Positions 47,541 to 60,554 of a DNA stretch of 64,000 nt are shown in pieces. How positions within the stretch are numbered: position 1 is the first letter of the stretch; every line of letters begins with the position of its first letter. The translations under genes were made by a program, and so were the position numbers. The notes beneath the pieces are model-generated. The model saw only the letters and a list, made by a program, of their open reading frames with translations. It ran no database searches and was not told where the DNA came from. The stretch is from Rhizodiscina lignyota (lineage: Eukaryota). The stretch covers positions 62,001 through 126,000 of the forward strand of contig ML978132.1 of the NCBI GenBank assembly GCA_010015805.1, in the 5' to 3' direction.

Positions 47541-49941
47541 ATGCAAAGACCGAGGCCACGTCAAGATCCAGTTTCGTGTCAGCTGTGTCGCTCGAAGAAG
47601 TTGAAATGCGATCGGCGGCAACCTTGTTCGAACTGCGTCGCCCGGGGAGTCACTTGCAAAAGCCAGAACAGCACCGATGCTGTCAGCACCGCCACAGAGC
47701 CATTACCGGACAATGCAAAAATTCTTGAACGATTGAAGCGCTTGGAGGATGCGGTATTTGGCGCAAATGGCTCAGATGTCAGGCCATCGCGTTATCCCGG
47801 TAAGAATGCTCTCCACGACCGTATTCCGATCCTGAAATTGTTGCATCAATACTACCAAGTGTTCCAGCAGTAGGAAAATGCTGCATTGTTTCAGTTGCCT
47901 CATCGAGTAAGATTGATGAGCATGTTTTAACTTTTAAGCTGCTACCTATTTGCAGCAATATTGGTCAAACGATGCGGAACTTTGCTAATATCCGCATCTT
48001 GCTTCTAGTCACCCAGGATAGTGAGCCGTCAACAAAACGTGTGGCTCTCACACCAGTCTCAGATCAAGGCATAAATAATGATTTGGATCTAAGTCGCCAA
48101 GAAGAAGCACATAAGTTCGAGCTTCTCGGCACTCGGGAGGATTCTGAAGTGCGTCCACTGCCTCTCTGTGCTCCAGGATCACATGCTGATGTACTGCACA
48201 GCTCCCCTGTCTCTCCAATGTTGTGGTCTTCCGGATCCAATCAATTCCGGAAATTCTGAGAGGCTCAACCGCCTCGAACCAATATGGACGAGCTTTTACA
48301 GGACTGCCTGGGTCATCGATTCTGGTATCGCTCCCGACACAGGCAGAAGCAGTGTATCTATTACGATGCTATGGTCGTGATGTTGATCCCCTAGTCCGGG
48401 TTTCACACGTCCCGTCGTCATTTGATCTCTTGAACGACTTCTACATGGATCTGAACCGCTCTCAACAGGTCCAACCAGGAAAGGCTGCATTTCTACTTGC
48501 AATGTTTGCGCTCACAGCCTACTTTTGGAGGTCGCCAAGCAACAACGAGATCGTCTCCCTCACTGAAGATGAGATGATTCTACTAGCACTGACATGGTCA
48601 AAAGCCGCTTTGGACGCCTTGGATTATTCCCGCCGAACAACATCTTTCACTCTTGAAGACGCTCAAGCCTCAATCATCATGTCATTTGTTGTATATCATA
48701 TTGAAGGGTTCTCTGCGAGAGGACGTTGGCTCACTGCGACAGCCGCGTCGATTGCAAAGGATTTATCACTCCATCGGATTGACGAAGAGCCATTAGCCGA
48801 CAACAGTAAGAAGGCTTTCATAGAGCGAGAAGTTAAGAGACGTGTGTGGTGGCACATTACGGCAACGGATTGGTTTGTCTTGTACTATGTTGAGTCATGC
48901 TTGGGTTAATTTTCAAACAGGTTGCTTGCTTTCATCGGAGGGCCGCAAGAAGGCTCATACTCAATTCAACCACGACAGATGCAGGTCAACCTTCCTTTGG
49001 ACTGCGACGATGACCAGCTTAGCGAGCGTTTCGGCACGTCGAGAAGTGCTTCTGTTGGGCCCACCTCCATGTCATACTTTCTCCAGCGAGTCCGACTTGC
49101 GGAGTTGAGTCGTGAGATAATAGATACAATACCTCTACCGATTTCACGGCTGAAGACCACCGACTATGACCAAATATTAGCCTTGGATCGGAAGCTGGTA
49201 ACATTTCTGGAGCAACTGCCCGATTTCTTGCGTGTCAAAGAGAACGCACAACCCTTCACGCCTCCAGACAGCAGATATCCTCACCTTCCAATGATGCGGT
49301 ACTATGTCAATGTCACTCTACACAGCAGGAGGTGCAGATTGCATCAACCCTTCTTAATCCGTCAGGGTGTTGATCCGAGATATGAATACTCGAGAAGGGT
49401 CTGTCTCGAGTCCGCAAGACTCATTATTCGAATCCAGAGGTTGCTTACTGAAGCGGGTCCGAGGCAACCGAACACACAGCAAGTAACCACCTGTGTAGTT
49501 CATTTCGCCTTCTTTGCAATCGTGGTCACGGTGATGGACCTCTGTTTCAACAGGATTGACGGAGACGATGCTGCTCGACTGACCGAAGTCATGGAAGCGT
49601 GCAAGATGATGGAGGAAGCCAAGAGTCATTCTCCCCTAGCAGGAAAGTTTCTAAGTTCCTTGTTAGAGACGCTTCAGAAATACAACATACGGCTCCCGCA
49701 GTTCAACCACCAGGGTGAAGGCCATGCTAGAGGCGTTCTGCCAGCACGGCCACATGAGGAGGCTGCCATAGCTGCAGCACCGACGCAGAACACGGTGCAG
49801 TCTTCTGCTTTTACTCCGACGAATATGCAATTTGAACCCAGCCTCGACTATTTCTTCGATACAACTAGTCAAGGCTCGCGGAACCTTGATATGCCGAGTT
49901 GGGACCAGCTATTCTCGGACATCGATACCCAAGGCCTGTGA
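47541..49941 (+). CDS. Zn(II)2Cys6 transcription factor with fungal middle homology region (multi-exon)
   Basis: CQLCRSKKLKCDRRQPCSNCVARGVTC, AKDLSLHRID...EREVKRRVWWHITATDW and RCRLHQPFL. The start may lie upstream (47454). Confidence 0.9.
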
Positions 49942-50661
49942 ACGCCAAGAGCGTCATGAACTTTCTCCCGGCATTGTTGCCAATACGTCTGAGGAAATAG
50001 TTCGCGTTCTGCCAGTCCAAGTGACTCCACCCCACGAAGTGTCAGTCGGCCATGTCATGTAGTCGTGGACACGCGATCGGTGGGAGTATCGACGTCAACA
50101 TCAACCACATATGCGTTGAACGTCTTCTTCAGCACTGCTGAAATGTGGTAGTCGTCATTTGCCAGACTTTGCCGATAATCCAGGACACAAATTCAGCGAG
50201 ATGAACTTCTCCTCGACTGGCGTGAGCGACTACTTGCATGGTAGAGTAGCTTATTATATAACTGGATATCCACTGGATTGGATTGGATTCGGAGGCACAT
50301 CCAATCCATTTCGATCACTGGCACGAACAGATTAAGTGATCTGAGAGATACTTTTCCGAAGATAGCTGAAGAGGATATGGGTTGAGTAAACGCTTCTATC
50401 AAGGCCACGAGTGTTGTTCATTCAACTTGAATACTCAATTCCAATCTTATTCTTGAGGGAACACTGGTTGGGACGTTTTTCTCTGTCTTTCTTCCGAAAA
50501 CTTCGAGTGTTATGCATCATTGTCGGCAGCAGTAGACCCAATTCCGGCGGCACAACCAGCTGAGATATGTTGCCATCTTTTCGCACAGGCCATCAAACTC
50601 CTGGGAACATACTTACTCATTTGTGAGAAAGTGTCACTCCATCTCACGTATCTTGCCATGT

Positions 50662-51500
50662 TCAACCAAGACAGATCAGTTCTAAGTTGGGCTGAGCAAG
50701 TGTCCAAGCGCTTTTCAGGATCCTGCCAACTCCAAGCCTCTTACTAATACCCGAGGCTGTGTCCTTCTCAACAAGCATGATGAGGTAGTAGTGGTAATCG
50801 TCCACGGCGATCTCGGAGTCGAGAAGCAGGCTTTGTGCCTCTCCTAGGAGAATGAAGCTATGTATCCCCGATTGTAGCTGATAAATACTTGGGAATGGGA
50901 TATCCCCGTCATATAGGATATTCCCGACCAGATTTGAGCCGAAGTCTTGCAGGGCAAATCGTTTTGGCAGAGCAGTGCCCGCCCAGGATTGATCGACCCT
51001 TTGACGAGGCAAGTTACCAAGCGTGAAAGCATTCGTGGTAATAAGTAAATTAGGCCTTAATACTACTAATATCTATACTAGGACGTATAGAACGGCTAAA
51101 ACTTTATATCTAAATAGCTTCAAGGTCACTTAAGAGGCGTGTATTAAGATAATTAGACAAGAATACTAACAAATTAGGTAGTAGGGTGTCGCAGTGCGCG
51201 CCACAAGGAATTCTTAGTACTTTTGCAAACGATGATACCTCATCCTATCACTAAAGAATCGGTGCCAGCATACGTCTTCTTATCCGATCTCGCCTTATAC
51301 TATATCAACAAGGCGCAGATCGACGGGCGTAGCAAGGGCCAGCGATAGTCTACCGACTTTACGACTACTAGGACTGTCAAACTGAACCGACCTTATCGTG
51401 GTAAGGCAGAGTGACGGTAGATGGTACATAGCCCTGTCGTGTTGGATGTGAACGTCAGGGAGTGGTGACCCTGACGGCGAAGACATGCTAACTATACACA
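50662..51500 (-). pseudogene. Degraded HET-domain (heterokaryon incompatibility) gene remnant
   Basis: LRLVDIV segment and C-terminal YLIMLVEKDTASGISKRLGVGRILKSAWTLAQPNLELICLG resemble HET-family proteins. The intervening sequence is stop-ridden and TA-rich. Confidence 0.5.
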
Positions 51501-51589
51501 CGCTCGTTCAGTCGTCCACAGTACGTGAGTACAATCTTTCGCATCTAATACTGTCCAGTGGAGGCGTTGGAGAGGAGATGCTTGGATAT

Positions 51590-52170
51590 CTGATTGGATA
51601 ATTATCTATGGATAATATTAGTAAGCTAGAATTATCTAGATAAATAATAAAGAAGTTATTCTCTAGATTATCCATGGATTATCTAGTGCTAGTCTAGTTA
51701 GGCTAGTATAATCCTAATTAGGCTAGTATTATCCTATTTTATTCTAGTAGAATATTATATTTAGTACGTACTTACTAAATATAGTATAAACCCCCGAGCT
51801 CCGAGCCTCTGCCTTTATTTATTATAAACGCGTCTTTAGACTTTTAAGTCGACGCGTTTATAATATAGTCTTAATTTATAAATATAAGTAGGACTTCTAA
51901 ATCTATATATAAAAGAAAGAATTCTACGCGTAAATCTATAGAATAAAGTATAATTTTAGAAATTTTAAAAGTCAACTCTAAAGCGGTCAAAATTAAGATA
52001 ATAAACGTATAGAACAACAACGTATATAAGGTAGATTAAGGTAAAAAGGCTTATAAGCCTAATAATAATAATAGTAATAAGTATTCTTAGTATAAAATAA
52101 TAGCGCATAAGGCGTTAGAGGCATAGTTATTAAGAAATTAAACAGATGAAGTTAATATCACTACTTCCTA
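51590..52170. mobile_element. AT-rich, RIP-like degraded repeat/transposon relic
   Basis: Abrupt GC drop, dense TpA/TAG/TAA, CpA/TpG depletion, short repeated GGATA/TATC motifs at the left end, and no ORFs. Confidence 0.65.
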
Positions 52171-53931
52171 ATTAGGCAAGTTTTCACCTGGAGACGATGG
52201 ATATCTGGGATCCCAATCAGCAAGTCATCTTTATTTTTTGGCAGCCAAGGTACGTCAATGAGCGGTGCTCCCTTGAGCCACCACAGCAAACAGCGCTCTG
52301 CTACCATGCTCCCCGAGGCCCGACAACAATCGCCGCTCCCGGGTTTGAGGACAAGAGAAGGAAAAAGCGCACCGCCAATCATGTATTTAGAGCTCTTTTA
52401 TTGTTTCATGGCCGCCTTGTCAGTCTTGTACTTAGCTACCCTCAACTCGAACTGCTCCTCTGATCGACCGCACACCAACTTTAACGTGCTGAGACGAGCC
52501 TCAGCCCCGCGGCTCTGATGTTTCTCACTATTCTAGCAGTAATATCATCAACAAGCGCCTGATCAACAACCACCGAATATGCCGAAGGACTATCGTCGCT
52601 CCATTTGAATGCTTTCGCGTATTCCGCATGCACACGAGCATGAATGTATCCCTTTGCTCTTGCCTTCGCTTCATTCCATTCATTCCTCTCGATATCCCAG
52701 GGAGACTTGAAGTAGCCAGTTCCGAAGCTATAACTCATTAGCATAGACCTAACCACGTTGCACCAGAGCTACAGGTAGCCACCTACAGTTCGTATTTAAC
52801 TCTCTCCCACATCCGGTTTCGTAAGATGTGTATCGCCGGGTGATAAAGGTGCTGTCGAGCCGGGAAGTATGTCCTCTGCGTCTGAATGGGACTAAGTGTG
52901 AGCTGCTAGCGTATACAAGTGCTCAGCAGAGGCAAAAAAAAAGCTCCTCACCAGTTCCAGAAAATGGAGCCATTTCTTCTCCGGTAGCCCGCTCCGTTCA
53001 ACCAGACTCCTCATCATCGGTACGACGATATCTTGCCGGCGTTGCTCGGCCCACGCGGCTCTGTTCCACTTCTTTCGCAACTTCTCGGCTTCCGGATGTC
53101 TCGAGCGATTTGTGACCATCACAAACCAAAGGTCTCTAAATTAAATCCGAATAGCCATTCCAAGAAAGGGAAGAATGATCAGAAGCATGATACCACCGAC
53201 AGCAGCGGGGACGGCGATCTTCGCGATTTGTGCGCCCGAGAGTTTTGGTACAGGCGCCATTAGGTCAGGATATCCTCTGTACAAGGCCTCGATGACGGTC
53301 GATAGTGTCTAGAATGAATAGATAAGATAAAGTAAGATGAGGTCTACGAGAATTTTTTACAATGAATGGATGAGACGAAGAAAGGTCAAATTTGTGAGGG
53401 TTTTCTACATTTTCTTCTACTTCAACGCCCACGTCCCGGTGGGTGGCCGCCGAACCAGTGATTCGGTCAATGAAAGCAACAGAAATTGTAAACCTTTCCA
53501 ACGGCATTTGGCCGCTCATCGTCGCAGAGATTAGATCTGCCACCGAAAGCGATTTCCGCAGCCCACCCAAGTTCTAGGGTTGCCCAATGTCTTCCCCTCT
53601 TCGGACGACCTTCACATGCCGAATCTGTATTCTATGCATTTACGGGGTGACTGAATCCGCCGGTACTTTGATGTGAGGGTCTTAGCATGTGACCAAATGT
53701 GCACCGAGTGTGAATGCATCGTCTGAGGAGGCACAACGACATTGAAATTGTAAGAGACTGGCGAACGGATGCGAACTTTTGGAAATTAGCAGCATTGCGT
53801 CTGACCTTCCTGTATCGTAGCGCGCCAAGGTTGCGGAATAACTGTACATGAGTTGCGTTGAAAGATACTCTATAAGCAGTCCCAAAAGGTATGAGACCGA
53901 GGGTCTGATCAAGAATGTGAGCTCAAATGGT

Positions 53932-54816
53932 CTATTGCTTTGGTGCCTGCGATGTATCTCCTCCTTCTTTGGCCTCTTCCTTGGAGGTTGCAAACCAGGC
54001 CGCGAGAGCAACAAACCCAGCAAAGCTCAAAGCAATAATGAATCTGCCGCGAGCACCCTGCTTCTTTTTCAATGCTTCATCCTCTCCGAGGATCTTGACG
54101 ACGTCCTTGCGCCAGGTATAACTGGCTCCGCTCCACACCGTCGTCGCTGCAACAATGTACTGCATCGCGGTGACTGCTCTGTTTACGTCCAAACCTAGGA
54201 TGACAGGTGGTGCGACTGGCAAAGTTGTCGTTGCACCGACAAGGACGAGCTGAAGAAATGTGTTGTACTTGGACACTGTCGTGGGATGGACTTCGGCCGA
54301 CGGCAGAGAGAAGTCCCAGTACCGCATAAATGTCTTCGGCGCAGGCAATGACGCCCATCTGTAGTAGATGGCAGCAATGCCGAGCGAAATATCTCTTCCC
54401 AGTATGATAGTCGCAAGAGAAACTAGAAGCAATTAGCAGCATTCGTTAACAGCACATGTAGAGCGAAGGTCAAACATACGTGGAAGAGCGCCCTTGAACG
54501 CTAGACATCCGATAAGCGTTATCATGAGGAATTTGTCCGCCATAGGGTCGATAACACTTCCCACAACGGTCTGGAGATTCCATCTACGTGCCATCCAGCC
54601 GTCGACGAGGTCACTGATGCCGGCGTACGCAAACAGCCCAATAGCCCAAGCATGCTGATCATGAAGGATGAGGTAGCCTATTACAGGAGTGGCAAGAAGG
54701 CGGGAGAAGGTGAGCAAGTTAGGAACTGTGTAGATATTCTCATGAGGGGTTAGTTTTGATATGCTTGATATCACTCGGTCTCGTATCGGAGTCTTGGAAG
54801 AAGTCTATTATATTGT
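53932..54816 (-). CDS. CRD1: Cardiolipin synthase (CDP-alcohol phosphatidyltransferase); 5' exons unresolved
   Basis: HENIYTVPNLLTFSRL, SDLVDGWMARRWNLQTVVGSVIDPMADK (DxxDGxxAR...GxxxDxxxD) and EVHPTTVSKYNT. Confidence 0.9.
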
Positions 54817-55687
54817 TAGATGCACCAACATATAACTGCAAGATTGCACAGTTGGAGATAGAATTTTTGCTGGAAGCGCAAAAAATCCTCTTGCGATAGA
54901 GATCCGAGTGTGACATTATAATTCTGGACGTGGAGCGGCTTAACGCAAAGTCTTAGGCGGAAGCTGACACTTTGGATGCTGTAGAGCATGCAAAGGGGTA
55001 CGAGAAAGAATAAACATTAATCTTCAGGAGTCTTTTCCTGGAATAGAAATATCATAAGTACCTTTGAGACCTCGTCGTTCCTTGACTTTTGCTCATTGTC
55101 GGTCGAATATCTCCGAACGGCAAGACTGACACGTTGCCTATGGTGGGACCGGAGAAAGAAACTTCTACACAATGTCAATTCGATTGCGGTTTAAATAACG
55201 TAAGGTCCTCGAGGGACTTACAGATCCCTCGTCGACGCGTTACCTGGTCCAACTGGTCCCGACTTGGGCCCACTGTACAGGGCTTTCGCTCGCAGAAGTG
55301 TTCCTGCGGCGTGTACGGATACCTTGTTAGGCTGCGAGAACAACCGCGCACAGCGCATGCAAAGCGTCATATTTCCCAAAGTGGACGTGTTGTATTGTGT
55401 ACGTTGCTGCGCATCTTATCAAAATTGTGTTGGACGTTGAACGATGTTGATTGTTGGAAGGAGCTCACGCGACAGGTCTGGCTTGAGGGTGACGGAAAAG
55501 GGACATATCCACTCTTTGCCTTAGAGAGTTAGCGCCCGCTTTTAGTGTATCAAAATGCCTGTTACGGTTATGAGCAACCGCTCAGAGACTTGCGGTAGAC
55601 GAGCATATTTGACTTGCAAATGGGCGAACGCGGCGGTAATTGATGACTAGCTACTGTTTGTCTATCTGTCTTCTACTATGCAACATA

Positions 55688-55899
55688 CAAAGGAGCTAGT
55701 TTCCAGCGAACGAACAGTCCATAGAGCTACGCTATTAAAGTTGCCCCGGGCACTTCTAAAAAGCTTCCCGTATCGGTAAAGTTGCATTCGAGATTATTAG
55801 GGAGTAGCTTACCTAGCCTGCCTTAGAAGATGTGCTTCTCGTTATAGAAATGGGCCGCTGTTGCAGCTCTCGTTCGCTCGCTGGAAACTAGCTGCTTCG
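55688..55899. mobile_element. MITE copy 2 (TA-flanked, ~28-bp TIRs)
   Basis: TA|CAAAGGAGCTAGTTTCCAGCGAACGAAC...GTTCGCTCGCTGGAAACTAGCTGCTTCG|TA. Confidence 0.85.
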
Positions 55900-56008
55900 T
55901 ACATGGCAAAGATCTTTTCTGCCCAGGCATGAATGGTGGGATGCGGTCTTTTGGGGCAGTTCCAATCCCCTTTGCTGTGTTTGCACTTTTTGGCGGTTTG
56001 TCCGTCTA

Positions 56009-56218
56009 CGAAGGAGCAAGTTTCCTGCAGGCAAACTGAACAGAACCACTCTATTACAGCCGCCTTTAGCACTTCCAAGAAGCTTCCAGATATTGGTGAG
56101 TTTACACTAGAGGTTGTCGGGGAGTAGCTTGCCAGGCTTGCCATAGAGGATTTGGTTCTCGTTGTTGCGGGAAAGGGACGTCGGTGCAAGTCTCATTCTC
56201 TCACGAGCAGCTCCTTCG
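56009..56218. mobile_element. MITE copy 3 (TA-flanked)
   Basis: TA|CGAAGGAGC...GCTCCTTCG|TA perfect terminal inverted repeat, with internal similarity to copies 1 and 2. Confidence 0.82.
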
Positions 56219-56637
56219 TACACATTCATTGCCCCTCTATGCAGCCTTCGCACTCTTCGGTTGTTTGTCGTATGGCCCATTCGACGCCTCGCCATCCGCA
56301 TCTTTCACACAAGTCCTGCCGAACGTCTCAATGACATCGGCGGTTGGAACGTCATTACTGAGTGACACGTAAGAGACAGGTGGAGCTGAAAGATGAAGGC
56401 ACGTACCTTAAATTGTAAGATTTGAGGCGAAATGCGTAGAAGACACATAACACATCGATAGATGGCTCTCAATACTGAAGGTGGCGCGTATTTGATTGAA
56501 ATTCATTCACATTCGCTTCGGCCTCATCCTCATTATGGCTTGGTGCAGTCTCGATAAGTCGCATCATCATACCGTTACGTCTTCGCCCAGTGCCCTTAGC
56601 CATTAACGTGCCCGCTTGAGTTCCGTTGGCGCCCATG

Positions 56638-57804
56638 CTAGAATTTATTCAGACTCTGTTCCTGACATTCGTCTTCTCGACCTTCGCCATATAAAATTTC
56701 ACAAACTCCTCCGATGGGCACGTCCATCACCGCATCCGTTCCTTCGCTCCACAGTGTCTTCCAATCCCTCCCAACCGCGGTCGTCTCTTTACAGGGTCCA
56801 ATCCCATCCTCTCCAGGAACGAGACTCTCAATCCCACCTTTCCCCATGCCTCTTCTCCGCACAATGTTGCCATCTGCATCCACGATTGCAATCTGGGCCA
56901 CGTCGTCGACCATATTCTCGACACTCGCCATCGGCCGCGTGAGATACTCCACATTGTAGCTCGCCAGCGCAACGTATATCCATCCCACCGCCATGACGAG
57001 CCATGCAGGGACTGCGAGGGCCCACCAGCGATCTGGGTAGTAGTATATGCCCAGCTGGTGCAAGAACGGCGAGGGAAGAAACGCCCAGAGCACGTACATG
57101 AGGAATGCGGCGGAGCTCGCGAGGTACAATGCGAAGCCGTAGTACTCGTATGTAGGAACCTTCGGAGAGGCGCGAGGGACGGTAGTAGCAATGCGCGCGG
57201 ACTTGGTCAGGCCAGCTGCTGTGGAGGACGGAGGCGTGGATGTGCCTGCTGCGCTGCCATTGGCTATGTGGGGTGAGTGAATTTCGACATCTGAGGAGTC
57301 AGGAGTTGTAGGACGGCTCGTCTGCGTGCTGAACGAGGGTCGGAGGAGAGAGGTCAAGGAGGGGGAGGGAGGGAGTGGCGTCGGCGGACGGTTGTAGAAG
57401 GGTGGGAAGAGACCCGAGGAGCTTGTGCTGTTAGGTCGAAGATGTGTGTACGAGCGAGAAGAAGGCAATGTCTGCGAACGCGTCGCAATTGGGAGAGTAT
57501 CGTCTTCATTGTCGGTGGAGTCTTCGCTGTCGTCTTCCGCATTGAATTCCGAGGTGATGGACTCGGTCAGCGCGTTATCTTCGACAGACGCCGATTCCGA
57601 AGGTTCTGACGGGCCAGAGGACGTGTTGGTCCTCGGCGAGAAGCCATCTTTATGATATTCCTGATTTCCATTAGAGTCCCTTGGAATGGGTGGTAGAGGG
57701 TCGTCGGAGAGGGAGATGCTGAAGGATCGAGCAGTTGGGAGCGTGGGCGTAGATTTGGACTGGAATCCCGTCGGGATAGGGCTGCCTCTACTCTGTGGTG
57801 GCAT
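56638..57804 (-). CDS. GPI19: GPI-GlcNAc transferase subunit P (PIG-P/Gpi19) with long disordered N-terminus
   Basis: PTYEYYGFALYL...YVLWAFLPSPFLHQLGIYYYPDRWWALAVP and DAVMDVPIGGVCEILY. Confidence 0.88.
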   Translation of the reverse strand: MPPQSRGSPIPTGFQSKSTPTLPTARSFSISLSDDPLPPIPRDSNGNQEYHKDGFSPRTNTSSGPSEPSESASVEDNALTESITSEFNAEDDSEDSTDNEDDTLPIATRSQTLPSSRSYTHLRPNSTSSSGLFPPFYNRPPTPLPPSPSLTSLLRPSFSTQTSRPTTPDSSDVEIHSPHIANGSAAGTSTPPSSTAAGLTKSARIATTVPRASPKVPTYEYYGFALYLASSAAFLMYVLWAFLPSPFLHQLGIYYYPDRWWALAVPAWLVMAVGWIYVALASYNVEYLTRPMASVENMVDDVAQIAIVDADGNIVRRRGMGKGGIESLVPGEDGIGPCKETTAVGRDWKTLWSEGTDAVMDVPIGGVCEILYGEGREDECQEQSLNKF

Positions 57805-59106
57805 CTTTAGACAGTAAGCCTTGGTTAAATGTGCTTTATAAAATTGAAGGGCACTCGAGATGATGAAGAGAGTTGTCCATCGCGCAATGCGCAGCACTGA
57901 TATGATGACGTGTCTGTTTATAATGTCGGAGCTAACACAAAACAGTCTCGTTGCGCGTTATGCTCCGCACGAGCTCGATGGTGCATGGGAGCTCTTGAAG
58001 GTCGGTGGTACGATTGTTTGAAGTCTTATAGAACTCCATCACATTCTAGCTCTACGATTTGCTCTGATGGGAGCGAAACACAAGTCAGTGTATGCATGAC
58101 GAAATTTCTTTCCCCTCGCCGCAACCTCCAGCGTATTTTCGAACATGCGCTGGAGCTTCATGAGCTTCGCAGCACTTGTGCAACAGGTGCCATTGAAGAA
58201 TCGTATGGTCAAGCTTCTACACTCTGATCTTAACAACACAAATCACCTGGGGTAGGTGATTCTGCCTCGGCCTTCAAACTCCAACTAGCTACTTGCAGAT
58301 AAATCAAGCCCTGGCTGAAGCTCAACGAACGTGACAGCACTCTGGTACGAATGTGCATTATGCCTCGCGTGGGAGCTCCACAACTCTAACGACACCGACG
58401 ATCTGTCGTCATACTTGACAGTTGGCTTTGGAACTCGCTTGATGTTCTTCGTTTATTGAAGGCAAATCCATGCCGGTGTCTTTCCCGTTTGGTTCCTTTT
58501 GGGGCCTCCCTCTTCAGCGGGTGTAACGACCAAAGCACAAACTTGCAGTCGATATCGGGGCATATATAGGTCTGGAGGCTGTAGTCTCCTTCAACGAGAA
58601 ACCAAGAAGCCGGTGGAGAATGTCTACGGCGTCAAGATGCACCAACGCTCTTCGAATGGTCGCGATGTAGAGCTGGCACTGGTAACTCCTGTATATTGTT
58701 TAGTTCGATACCGACAATATATGCACCAGTACTTCAGGATCCGCAGATGCGGGAATTGAGGCAAACGCCAGTGTCCAAAGAATAACGTACAGAACTTTGA
58801 AACACAGTCCTTGAGCTGGAAACGGCAGGTAGCACAGTAAAACAGTGCGGGGACTCTTGAGGAAAGAGGGGCCGCGATAGAATATACTTTTGCTTGTGTT
58901 GGTATCCAATTGCCAGAGGACAACGAACATTAAAAGCAGATCGAGTGCAATCTCTTTCTGTGCATGGAACCAAAATAACGAGACAGGAAATCGAAGCGCT
59001 CAAAACTTATTGTGGTATCCGGCGACTCCCCCATAGTAATAGACCCGCCGAATGATGCTAATGGTTAGTATACAGCCGTTACGATTGCGCCCTTCTACAG
59101 GCGCAG

Positions 59107-60554
59107 TTACTTCGCGCTCTTCCTCTTCATCTCCGTACCCGGCGGTACCTTCAACCCTCCAAATACCAGGCCCGCGACCGCCATCATGCCTGCACCGCCA
59201 ATCGCGTACGCTGTTTCTCTCCCAGCCCACCAGTATAACGTACAGAAGATCAACGGTCCGAGAGCGCGACCAACTTGACCTGTGACGCGTATCAGCTTAA
59301 AGGCAGTAAAAATCTAGAACATTTGACGTACCGAAACTTCTATGATTCCCCAGCTTTTCGCCCCTCTCGCCTGCACTTGCTTCGAAGCTGCTGAGGCTAT
59401 TCAGACCAGTCACAACTGTCGCGCTCGTCACAGCCAGCATACTCGCGGCCGCATACAGCATCCTTTCCGACTCCAGACGTCCCAGGAGAAGGAATGCTAC
59501 AGCGCATGCGATCACTCCCGTCTGCACCACCCTCAGGGGGTGCATCCTTCTTGTAACGCCACCCTGGAAAATCGAAGCCACCAGTCCAATGAATCCCAAA
59601 AGCTGGCCAGACTGTCTCGACGAGTATTGAAAGAGGTCATATGTCATAAATGGCAGGGAAAACTCCATTCCCGAGAAGAAGAGGATGAATGAGAAATGCG
59701 TGAGGTTGAGCAACCAATGCGGATTCGTCTTGGCCAGCTTCTTCTCCGCCTTGGTCTCGTCGTTCTTCTTGTCCACGCTGCCATTTGCCTTCTTACCGGC
59801 TGGCAGAGTCTCCGGCAGGTAGAAGTAGAGGTATATCGTCTCCGTGACGATCAAGAATAACGAGAATCCAGCCGCAGTCGCGAACGGATTCGCTGCTACC
59901 GTGGTGATCGTCGAGAGCCAGGCTCCAAGCGCAGGGCCAAACGTAAACGCAATGCTGAAGCATACGCCCACCAGCGCCATTGTGCTCCCCCTCTGACTCT
60001 CATCTGAGATATCCGTGGCAATCGCGAGTGCGAGCTGCACATTCCCCTCACTCAAGCCGCCGATTACCCTGTGCGCCAGGAATGTGCGGAAGTCGCTCGC
60101 AACAACCCACAGCGCAACAGAGAGGATGTTCCCCATCATGCTGTACAGCAGTGCGGTGCGCCGGCCATACTTGTCCGACAGCGTGCCGATGACGGGTGAG
60201 GCGATGGCCTGGCAAAGGGAGAAGAGCGAGCCGAGCGCGCCGCCGAGCAGGACAATGTCATAGCGGTCATTGATGGGTTTCGCGAACGAATTCTTATACG
60301 CGTTCAGACCCTCGAGCACGCGCGTAAGGAGGGAGGTAGAGCTGGGCGATGCAGCTTCTGTGCGGCGGTAGAACTCGAGGAGGGATGGGAACAGCGGGAG
60401 GATGAACGTGAACGAAATCTGGCAATGTTAACCTTTGCACGAAGCAGATGACGGAGAAGCATACCAAATCTAGCAGAAGAGATATGAAGAGCACTTTGAT
60501 AACCTGCTTCCTCCTCGCCGCGGTTACAGGAGGCCCTGATGCTGATGACGCCAT
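59107..60554 (-). CDS. MFS transporter, tetracycline-resistance/MFSD10-like (multi-exon)
   Basis: LFISLLLDL|ISFTFILPLFP, GTLSDKYGRR, GGLSEGNVQLA, AFTFGPALG and FSGMEFSL. Confidence 0.9.

Noticed and set aside
54817..55096. Upstream exons and start codon for CRD1
   Set aside because: The candidate splice combinations tried did not give a consistent open frame, so the 5' end is left unresolved.
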